The notes beneath the pieces were generated by a model, which saw only the letters and a list, made by a program, of their open reading frames with translations, was not told where the DNA came from and ran no database searches. The position numbers and the translations under genes are program-made. From Camelus ferus (Eukaryota): a stretch of 64,000 bases of DNA. How positions within the stretch are numbered: the stretch's first letter is position 1; each line of letters opens with the position of its first letter. Location of the stretch: NCBI RefSeq assembly GCF_009834535.1, contig NC_045697.1, forward strand, positions 75,332,001-75,396,000. Reading direction: 5' to 3'. Below are positions 27,280 through 37,778 of this stretch, piece by piece.

Positions 27280-27830
27280 TGAAAGGATATGTTCACTGTC
27301 CATAGAGTTTATAGTCCAGGGACTGGAGATACTGCATCTAATCCAATGTGGTGAGAGCAATCCTACGATCTACACAAGACTCAGGGAGTACAGAGGGGGG
27401 AGGATTAATTCTCCCTGGTTTTGAAGGTCAGGAGGTAGTAAACCATGAACTCAGTGAGTGCTTGAACTGGGGAATTTCGCTGTGGACAATAGGATAAAAG
27501 GAGGTCCAGGCAGAGGGGAGATCATGTACAAAGGTGCAGAGTTTAGTGGCAGTGTGGTAACCTCAGGTTATTCAGTGCTGATGGAGCTTAGGCAATAAGG
27601 ATCAGCATGGCAGGACATAGGGCCAAAGACACAGGCTGGAACTACATTATAAAGCGCCTGATTCACTATACCAAGTAATTCACACTTCAATTTTTAAGGT
27701 TACAATAAACACTTAATGATTCTAATCAGAGGAGTCACATAATTAACTTTGTATTTGGAAGAGACCGAGGCCAGAGGAAGAGATACCAATTAAAAGGCCC
27801 TGGAAGGTAATCTAAGAAAGTTGAAGAGCA
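27280..27830 (-). mobile_element. L2 fragment
   Basis: tgtccatagagtttatagtccag; ccaggcagagggggagatcatgtacaaaggtgcagag; aatgattctaatcagaggagtcacataatt. Confidence 0.65.
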
Positions 27831-28349
27831 CCAAAATTTAGAGTCAGAAGAGAGCAAGAAACTGAACAGGGGCATGCTAAAAGTAGCAACAAAAGGTCTT
27901 GGAGGTGGGCTTTATGTAGGGTGGATCAGAGAGCATGGCTGACATAAAGCCTGGCTTTTAAGGTTTGGTGGCTGGTGGTGGCAGAAATAGACCATCAGTT
28001 CAGCACTGGACGAGCCGAGTTTGAGGAATCCGTGTTCACCTTTGATATGCTCATGCTGTTCCCCCAAATGGCTTACTTTTAAAGCTATGATGGGGGTAGA
28101 AATAATAAGAAAGAGCAGGGAAAATGAATCCACATAATGCTCTCATTCATTTGTTCTGATTCCAACGTTCAAGCTTTTGGGATGCTAGGTTTTGAAACTA
28201 CAAAGATAAAACTGAATATAAAGAGAAAGAATAGTTTTCCTCTCATAATCTTCAATATACTTCTTTCTGACTCCCAAATGGAAGCCTTTCCAATCAGTGC
28301 TCCTTCTGTTGCAGGCAGAATAAGAGGACTGGTATTTGCTAGATATTGA

Positions 28350-28550
28350 AGTTTTACAGAAATTACGTTTTAATTCCTATAACAAACCTACACAAATTGG
28401 TATCATTACCTCAGTTTCACAGATGAGAAACCCAAAGTTCAGAGAAGTTCATAGACTTTCTCAAGTTTCCCCAGCTGGTAAGTGGAAGATGCTATGTATA
28501 AATCTGTGACTGTCTGGTTCTAAAGTCCATACTCCTTCCATTACACAGTG
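28350..28550 (-). mobile_element. MIR SINE
   Basis: ttaattcctataacaaacct...tcagtttcacagatgagaaacccaaagttcagagaagtt...cagctggtaagtggaaga...tctggttctaaagtccatactc. Confidence 0.85.
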
Positions 28551-28704
28551 TTGATTACTCAAGGGATATCTTGCTCCAGAAATCAGACTCAGGAAAATAG
28601 TTACAAGAAAACTGAAGGGTCTCTCTGTTCCTTAAGTTATAACACACTCTAAAAAGCATTATTGTACAGAAGAATTTCAAAGTCAACTGCAGAAATGATC
28701 ACAC

Positions 28705-28984
28705 CTGTCTTATTCTATCCAAGAAATCCTTTTGATAATTTGCTGAAGCTAAATGAAAAACTAACCAATTAAATAATAAATGATCAAGCAGAAGAATGCA
28801 ATAGTTATGAAAAAGTCTTTCCAAATCTAAGTGGAGTTTCACATCTACCAGTTGGGAAGTACTCCACACATAATCCTTTAACTGGACAGTCAAACTGCCA
28901 AGGCTAACTTCCAACCCTGAGAGAGGTCTCAGTTCTAACAGAGCTGAGGTAACTGCAAAAGACAGAAGATTTCTCTTGGAATCC
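28705..28984 (-). other. Candidate internal exon (93 open codons) of unknown identity; alternatively an ancient LINE RT relic
   Basis: Acceptor tgattttttaatacag|G and donor CAG|gtgtga; stop-free frame DSKRNLLSFAV...KDFLDRIRQ with in-frame stops just outside both junctions; protein not recognised. Confidence 0.25.
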
Positions 28985-29871
28985 CTGTATTAAAAAATCA
29001 AAATGCCTTTAAATCAAAAACAAATACCACTTGATTGACAGATTACTATATTACATTACATAGCATTCTCTGTTCATACTTATCCTATCCAGCAAAGCAC
29101 AGCAGTACCTTGCTTTTGTTCCTGGGAAACTTCAAAGTGCCCTTCACGTGACCATGGAACGAGTGAGTGGTAAAGAACTGCTTGGAAAGAAGTTTTCATT
29201 CCCTTAATAGTCCTAACCACACTACACAACACATGTCAAAATGTTAAAGAGAACAGAAACTCCTAATGCTTTGTGCAATGTATACAGTTCCTGAGCTTTG
29301 ATGTTTCTGTTTCTGCCCCTTTAGCTGTACAAAATTGTCTGGTTTTTTTTTTCTTTTAAATCTTTTATGTCTCATTACTGACCTGTCAAACATTATTTTA
29401 ACTTAAAGAGTAGCTGACGCCTTGCAATAAACCTTGAAAAGCCCCCTGTTTAAAAATAATCTGCCTTTATACTATACATATCTAGTGTGGTTATGTTTTT
29501 CTTACAGGAAACATGTCACTGAGAGAAATCTTATACACAGGTTTTTAGGTCAGAACGAATGTAGCCACAGAAGAGGCCAGACTCAGTCTCCTCCACCGAT
29601 GCTAGGTGCCTCGTGTCTCAGTGGGTTAAAATGGAAATTCAGAGCCTTTGGAAAGCTTGCGGGAAGTCAAAGCACCTCCTCATTCTTTCAGGCCTCCCTT
29701 TGACACTCCAAATTATTCTCTTAACGCCACTTTCCTATTACTCACTTTTACAGAGGTAAAATGACTACCTAATTCCCAATTGTTCCCTTTAGAATGGATT
29801 GCACATCTCTCAGGTATCATTTTGTTTGGCTCAGTAGAGATCACTCCCCCTCCACCACCAGCAACTCCCAC

Positions 29872-29896
29872 TTTTTTTTTTTTTTTTTTTTTTTTT
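29872..29896. repeat. Poly(T)25 tract
   Basis: Direct observation. Confidence 0.95.
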
Positions 29897-30857
29897 GGCT
29901 GTTTGGCAAGCACTGACTTGATTTCCCTTCCTTCCCCTTCCCCCTGGCCAGTTTCTGTCCCCCTCCAGAACTGACTGTTTGAAGTATTTCCCAACAACCT
30001 CATTGAGGAGGAGGTAACAATGCACAGAAATGCTGTGTGACTTAGTGAGCTTGAAAGGTCTGGACATCAGAGGGAAGGAAGTGGAGGATCTGCATAAAAG
30101 AGGTTTTCTTCATGGTTAAACTGAATGGAATTGTTTGGGAGGAAGTGATACATGTTCCCATTCATGGGTGGTAGGGTTAGACTGAGAGGCAGAAGGTAGC
30201 AGGAGATACTATAATTGGACTCCCTCACAAGTGTTTAAAAGCTGCTGCATTATCATCAGTGGCACTTTTCCCATTTATATCCTGCAATTGTTAGTCATTG
30301 TTTATGAGAATACTACAGTTTTTGCCTTGTATTTTCCTTTTGCCATTATGAGAATAATTTTAACTGATGAACAGGCTGGAGTCACAGTTTTCAGAATCAA
30401 TCTTGTGTGATACCTTAGAGATAGCAAATAACATTCACGGAGCTGATGATAGATGAGGGTGCTTTTTAAACAATTCTGAATAAAGCATGTACTTTGAATA
30501 AAAATGCATTGATTGTTATTAGAAACCACGGGTTAATCTATTTTCACTTACAGTTTCCCGTATTTTATTTTTAGGATTCTAATTAGAAGATTCAAAAATA
30601 GAATTTTAAGAACAGTGCATGTGTTTGAGTAATTTTCTTTAGTACTCTGTGCCTAATTTCCCCATTTTTCAACTGCAAGAATTCTTCGGATCTTAGGATA
30701 ATTTTCTCCTATACCCTCAACCTTTCTAAATTTGACAGCATACCTTACCCAAAAAGAGAAACTTTGAGTGAAATCAGGGTCACTGCCTGTGCTTGAATCA
30801 CATCTGAATACATTCTCTTTTTTTGTTTTTGCTTTTGTTTTTGCCAATATTTTATTT

Positions 30858-31099
30858 TATTTTTTTATTGAAGTATAGTCATTTTCATTGTAGGTTACTA
30901 TAAGATATTGAATATAGTTCCCTGTGCTATACAGAAGAAATTTGCTTTTTGTCTATCTTATATATAGTAGTATTTGCACATCTCGAACTCCCAATTTATC
31001 CCTTCCCACCCCTTTTCCCCCGGTAACCATAAGTTTGTTCACTATGTCTGTGAATCTGCTTCTGTTTTGTAGATGAGTTCATTTGTGTCTTCCTTTTAA
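30858..31099 (-). mobile_element. Young L1 3' tail (cetartiodactyl/camelid type) with TSD
   Basis: Reverse complement matches the L1 3' UTR at 31970-32290; flanked by the direct repeat tttgtttttgccaatattttattt at 30834-30857 and 31100-31123. Confidence 0.9.
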
Positions 31100-31274
31100 T
31101 TTGTTTTTGCCAATATTTTATTTAACACTGCAGGATGAATACATTCTCTTTAACTCCAGACATCATGGAAGAAGTTTCTAAACCATTCCTCAATATTGCC
31201 TACTAATTAAATTTGAAATTTTCATTTTGAATCTAGAACTCTAATGTTAAAGAATTTGTCAGATGAATGCTATA

Positions 31275-32298
31275 GTGAAACGAACATACAAGGGCTTAAT
31301 TTCCATAATATATAAACAGCTCATACAACTTAATAAGAAAAAAAAAAACAACCCAATCCAAAAATGGGCAGAAGACCTAAACATGAAATTCTCCAATGAA
31401 GACATACAAATGGAACATGAAAAAATGTTCAATATTGCTAATTATCAGAGAAATGCAAATCAAAACTACAATGAGATATCACCTCACACCAGTCAGAATG
31501 GCCATCATTCAAAAGTCCACAAATAATAAATGCTGGAGACGCCATGGAGAAAAGGGAACCCTCTTACACTGTTGGTGGGAATGCAGTTTGGTGCAGCTGT
31601 TATGAAAAATAGTATGGAGATTCCTCAAAAGACTAAAAATAGACTTACCATATGACCCAGCAATCCCACTGCTGGGCATATGTCTGGAGGGAACCTTAAT
31701 TCAAAAAAGATGTATGTAGCCCAATGTTCATAGCAGCACTATTTACAATAGCCAAGACATGGAAACAACCTAAATGTCCATTGACAGATGACTGGATAAA
31801 GAAGCTGTGGTATATTTATACAATGGAATACTGCTCAGCCATAAAAAATAATAAAATAATGCCATTTGCAGCAACATGGATGGCCCTAGAGATCGTCATT
31901 CTAAGCAAAGTAAGCCAGAAAGAGAAAGAAAAATACCATATGATATTACTTATATGTGGAATCTAAAAAAAGACAAACAAACTTATAAAACAGAAACAGA
32001 CTCACAGATATAGAAAACAAACTTATGGTACTGGGGGGAAGGGGGTGGGAAAGGATAAATTGGGAGTTTGAGATCTGCAGATACTAACTACTATATATAT
32101 ATATATATATATTAACAACAAATTTATACTGTATGGCACAGGGAACCATATTCAATATCTTGTAGTAATTTATAGTTAAAAATAATATGAAAATGAATAT
32201 ATGTATGTTCCTATATGACTGAAGCATTGTGCTGTACACCAGAAATTGACATGACATTGTAAACTGACTATACTTCAATAAAAATATATTTTAAAAAA
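31275..32298 (+). mobile_element. 5'-truncated L1: ORF2 C-terminus (CCHC region) plus 3' UTR
   Basis: ORF pieces [17 protein letters not shown]...[18 protein letters not shown] and [19 protein letters not shown]...[14 protein letters not shown]-rich tract, aataaa and A tail. Confidence 0.95.
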
Positions 32299-32304
32299 GA
32301 ACAC

Positions 32305-32430
32305 AGGTCCGTAAGTTAGAAAACCTGGGTTCTAGGCCTGATTCTGTTGTGTTACCCTAACCTCTCTTAACCCCAGTTCTCTCCTATGTGAAATGAGAGG
32401 GTTAGACTACATTTCTGAGATCCCGTTAAT
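32305..32430 (+). mobile_element. MIR SINE fragment
   Basis: aaacctgggttctaggcctgattctg...taacctctcttaaccccagttctctcctatgtgaaatgagagggttagacta. Confidence 0.7.
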
Positions 32431-34126
32431 CTATGCTAACCATTCTAGCAATCAATTAATCAATCAATCCATGAAGAAACAACATTGGAGAAGAGAGTAA
32501 AATCAGATTTATATGCATGCTTTTGAAAATTTCTGAGCTTAGGCATTGAGTTTCTCATTTATTCTTCCACCATTTTTTTCTGAGTGCCAGTCTTTTTATG
32601 CTCTAAGTTGTAAATAGTATAACATTCCCAAAGAACTCACAATCTAATGAGTCAACTTTCTCATATTTTTCTTCCTATAGTCTCTCTCTTTTCTTTAGAG
32701 CCTAAGAATGTATTTTCAAATCAATGCTTTTTTACTTCCTACCTGCTAATGGAGGTTTTGATAAATAAAGCCCGACTGAGAAATTCATTATATCCCTGGA
32801 AAATTTCATTGTGGATTGAAGAAAGAATGGATATATTAGCAGTTTTTAGCATATCAGTTAAATTTGTAATTTTTATTCTCTCGTTCTCTCTCTCTGAAAC
32901 ATACAAATATTCAACTACATGTGCACAGAGAATATTTCATGGACTCCCAAAGGCCCTTTCTTCCAGGGTCCCTTTCCTCTCATCCTATTTTTTAATGTCC
33001 ATCTTTATATTTTAAAATCTAAATAAATGTTACCCTGGGAATTATAAATTGATTTACCTTTGCTTTCTTTCCTATAAATATGTCTAATTAGTTGATTTTA
33101 TGATTATTAAGTATCAATTGCACCTGACATAGGTGACTTAACCTACATTATTCTTACATTTTTCTGTCAAAGTTTTTCTTTCACAGGAAATTGCTCAGGA
33201 TGTACTCTGCATGTCATAAATCCATAACATGCTAATAAATTTGGTTTTCTCTAGCTTCTTTATAATTATTGTGCTTCAGCTATAGCCTTACTAATTTCAA
33301 CACCTTCCATTTTCACTTACTTCTCTTTCTCTAACTCTGGATAAACTTCTAGGAAATATCAAAACATTTGTTTCCTTTCATTTTCTAATTAAAAAAATTG
33401 GACACTAGAGCATGTCTTAAAATTCCCAGACAGGAACTCACTGACAATAGGAAGAAGGCGTTGAATGCTTTCTGTAGTCTGTTAGTGACTGTAAGTAAAG
33501 AGACACCTGCCTTGGAGGTGTCTCTGTGCAACAAGAGAACATTGCTGAGAATGCAAAAACTAAAGTTAATTTTGATAAAAATAACCACAAGCTGATAGAA
33601 TTTCAGATTTTAAGGAAGATTGGAGGGAAGTAAAAATTAGCTAAAGAAAATACTAAAGAAAATTGATGACAGCGTGGTTTGAACAGCCTTGGAAAATAAC
33701 AGGAAAGATGCACTAGGTAACATACTGGTGCCCTGACTCTCAGTACATTTCTGGAGCTGTACGTGAAACCCAGAAGGTCTAAGAGCCTGGAGACAATACG
33801 CCAACCTCCCCACAGAGCCCGACTGCTTACATTGCTATGCTGATGTTGTCTTGTACCCAACGCTATAAACAAGCACAATTCCTGACATAATCAAAACACA
33901 ACTTTGTTTTTCTGTCCCATTGTCCCTTTAAAATGTATTCAGTGATGGCAGTCTCCTGACCCTGAAGAGATCTCGAGAAATCACATGCTTCTATTGATCA
34001 TGTTCAGGTAACAAGCATCTTAAGTTTACTCTAAGTTGCAAACACGGGTTCAACTTGGTAAGTAAAATGCGAAATCCCATGTAATATAATTCCAAACTTC
34101 ATGTAGCATTAAATATTCCCTCCTTT

Positions 34127-36431
34127 AATACTCCCAAACTCATTCTATGAAGCCACCATCAACCTGATACCAAAACCAGGCAAAGACACCACCAAAAAAG
34201 AGAATTATAGGCCAGTATCACTAATGAACTTAGATGCAAAAATCCTCACCAAAATATTAGCAAATAGAATCCAACAGCACATAAAAAAGATTATACATCA
34301 TGATCAAGTGGGGTTCATCCCAGGGACACAAGGGTGGTTCAACATACGCAAATCAATCAGTGTAATACATCACATCAACAAGAGAAAGGACAAAAACCAC
34401 ATGATCATCTCAATAGATGCAGAAAAAGCATTTAACAAAATTAAACACCCATTTATGACAAAAACTCTCACCAAAGTGGGCATAGAGGGAACATACCTCA
34501 ACATAATAAAAGCTATCTATGACAAACCTACAGTCAGCATAGTACTCAATGGTGAAAAATTCAAAAGCTTCCCACTAAAATCTGGGACAAGACAAGGATG
34601 TCCACTATCACCACTCCTATTCAACATAGATTTGGAAGTCCTAGCCACAGCAATCAGGCAAGAGAGAGAAATAAAAGGTATCCAAATTGGAAAAGAAGAG
34701 GTAAAGTGTCACTATATGCTGATGACATGTTCCTATATATAGAAAACCCTAAAAGGTTCCCACAAAAACTACTAGAGATCATCAAAGAATTCAGCAAGGT
34801 AGCAGGTTACACGATTAACGTTCAAAAATCAGTTGCGTTTCTGTATACTAACGATGAATCAATAGAAAAAGAAAGTAAAGAAACAATCCCCTTTAAAATA
34901 GCACCCAAACTAATAAAATACCTAGGAATAAATCTAACCAAGGAAGCAAAAGAATTATATACAGAAAACTATAAACCATTGATGAAGGAAATTAAAGAAG
35001 ACTTTTAAAAAAGGAAAGATATCCCACGCTCCTGGATTGGAAGAATCAATATTGTTAAAATGGTCACACTGCCCAAGGCAATCTACAGACTTAATGAAAT
35101 CCCTGTCAAATTACCCAGGACATATTTCACAGAACTAGAACAAATCATAATAAAATTTATGTGGAACCACAAAAGACCTAGAATTGCCAAAGCATTACTG
35201 AAGAGAAAGAAAGAGGCTGGAGGAAAAACTCTCCCAGACTTCAGACAATACTATAGAGCTAGAGTCATCAAGACAGCATGGTATTGGTACAAAAACAGAC
35301 ATATGGACCAATGGAACAGAATAGAGAGCCCAGAAATGAACCCACAAGCTTCTGGTCAACTAATCTTCAACGGAAGCAAGAATATACAATGGAATTAAGA
35401 CAGTCTCTTCAGCAGATGGTGTTGGGAAAACTGGACAGCAGCATGTAAATCAATGAAGCTAGAACACTCCCTTAAACCATACACAAAAATCAACTCAAAA
35501 TGGATCAAAGACTTAAACATCAGACAAGATACAATAAACCTCCTAGAAGAAAATATAGGCAAAACATTATCTGACATGCATCTCAAAAATATTCTCCTAA
35601 AACAGTCTACCCAAGCAATAGAAATAAAAGCAAGAATAAACAAATGGGACCTAATTAAACTTACAAGCTTCTGCACAGCAAAAGAAATCATAAGTAAAAC
35701 AAAAAGACAACCTACGGAATGGGAAAAAATGTTTGCAAATGAAACCAACAAAGGCTTGATCTCCAGAATATATAAGCAGTTCATATGACTTAATAAGAAA
35801 AAAAAAAACAACCCAATCCAAAAATGGGCAAAAGACCTAAACAAACAATTCTCCAAGGAAGACATACAAATGATCAATAGGCACATGAAAAAATGCTCAA
35901 TATCGCTAATTATCAGAGAAATGCAAATCAAAACTACAATGAGATCACCTCACACCAGTCAGAATGGCCATCATTCAAAAATCCACAAATGACAAATGCT
36001 GGAGAAGCTGTGGAGAAAAGAGAACCCTCCTACACTGCTAGTGGGAATGCAGTTTGGTGCAGCCACTGTGGAAAACAGTATGGAGATTCCTCAAAAGACT
36101 AGGAATAGACTTACCATATGACCCAGGAATCCCGCTCCTGGGCATATATTCAGAAGGAACCCTACTCCAAAATGACACCTGCACCCCAATGTTCATGGCA
36201 GCAGTATTTACAATAGCCAAGACATGGAAACAGCCTAAATGTCCATCAGCAGATGACTGGATAAAGAAGGCGTGGTATATTTATACAATGGAATACTATT
36301 CAGCCATAAAAACTGACAACATAACGCCATTTGCAGCAACATGGATATTCCTGGAGAATGTCATTCTAAGTGAAGTAATCCAGAAAGAAAAAGAAAAATA
36401 CCATATGAGATTGCTCATATGTGGAATCTAA
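34127..36431 (+). pseudogene. Disrupted L1 ORF2 (reverse transcriptase and C-terminal domain)
   Basis: ORF segments [34 protein letters not shown]...SIDAEKAF...[52 protein letters not shown], split over six ORFs by frameshifts and stops. Confidence 0.95.
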
Positions 36432-36736
36432 AAAAAAAAAAAACAAACATAAATACAAAACAGAAACAGACTCATAGACATAGAATACAAACTTGTGGAT
36501 GCCAAGGGGGTGGGGGGGTGGGAAGGGACAGACTCGGATTTCAAAATGTAGAATAGATAAACAAGATTATACTGTATAGCACAGGGAAATATATACAAGA
36601 TCTTGTGGTAGCTCACGGTGAAAAAAAATGTGACAATGAATATATGTATGTTCATGTATAACTGAAAAATTGTGCTCTACACTGGAATTTGACACAACAT
36701 TGTAAAATGACTATAACTCAAAAAAAAATGTTAAAA
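34127..36736 (+). mobile_element. Young 5'-truncated L1 (about 2.6 kb) with 16-bp TSDs
   Basis: Continuous L1 ORF2 RT-to-C-terminus homology, 3' UTR and A tail; TSDs aaatattccctccttt (34111-34126) and aaatattctctccttt (36737-36752); tt|aaat endonuclease-like site. Confidence 0.97.
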
Positions 36737-37589
36737 AAATATTCTCTCCTTTGCAGGGGGCTAGAAACTGTGGTGTCTGCTCTGGATGGGTAGTCAGTTT
36801 TTTATTTGCTTCTCCCTTCGCCTCCCCTACCTTGCACCCTCTTCCATGTCTCCTTGGGTTGCCCACTCCTCACAGGCTCTTGCTATTAGGAGTCTCTTGG
36901 CCTCCCCTTTCAAGAAGATTCAAAATAGGTCCTCTCTTGCACAGATAGCTCACATCTGATTCACTGAAAACACATCATTGCCCCACACTCGACAGAAGTG
37001 GGATACAATCCAAACAAAATATGTCTCTCTCTCTGGATGAATTAGGTATCTTCTACTGATGCCTCTTAACCATAGGGAACATATTTCAAGCTTGTGAATG
37101 ATCCCATGGAAACCGCCTACCACTAGGCTAGAGGTGAAGCAGGCAGCACACCAACCTCTCCCTCTCTGAGGTGAACAGAGACCAACAACCAGCAACAGTA
37201 CTCCGAAAAGAATTATCTTCCCTTCTTGTCCCTCTTTTACATTCCTCACGGGTTGTAATATTGTGTAAACTGGTTCTGGGTCATCTATTTGGAAATTTCC
37301 TCTTCATATGCTAACGCATTAGAAATTCACATCTCCTGTACCCTGTCACCCTGGTCAAAGTAGAAATTCTTACATCCAATTTCAAAGTCATAAACAGGGC
37401 TTCTGTCCTTGGAAGCCAGCTTGTTTGGCTCAGTCACTTCACGTGGAGGGAGCACACTTGTTAATGGCTCTCCACCAGGACGAGCAAACTCAAGTTCTTT
37501 ACCCACAGCTGAGAACTTGGATGAATGACCCCGGCTGGACATGAACTGCAGTACATTAGGAGAAGGTGCCTGTCCAAAGAATTAGATGC

Positions 37590-37778
37590 CACTGGGCCAC
37601 TATGAGTGCAGTGATGCAGACTTTCTAATTTTTCAAGAAAAGCTGAAAATCCAGATTTTTATATTATCTCCATTTTTTAAAATATAGACTTAAAATGTTC
37701 TAATAACTTTGTTCAAGCCTCACCATTAAAGGATTTGTGGGCCAGATTCTGATAGAAGACCAGCAGTTTGTGATTTTT
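37590..37778. mobile_element. hAT-Charlie MITE relic (MER102/MER103-like)
   Basis: tttctaatttttcaagaaaagctgaaaatccagatttttat...gtgggccagattc...ccagcagtttgtga resembles hAT MITE 3' half. Confidence 0.5.

Noticed and set aside
29713..30067. Poly-Lys/poly-Phe ORFs and a possible retrocopy tail
   Set aside because: Produced by the T25 tract; no convincing TSD or element body is adjacent
30858..32298. Twin-priming inversion of a single L1
   Set aside because: Both pieces carry their own 3' end and A tail, and the antisense piece has its own TSD, so they are independent insertions
32647..33015. 122-aa hydrophobic ORF (likewise 43081-43404 and 45252-45614)
   Set aside because: F/L/I/S-rich composition typical of T-rich non-coding DNA; no homology or splice support
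35395..35931. Longest ORF in the window (178 aa, minus strand, hydrophobic)
   Set aside because: It is the antisense reading of L1 ORF2, a common artefact of A-rich L1 sequence
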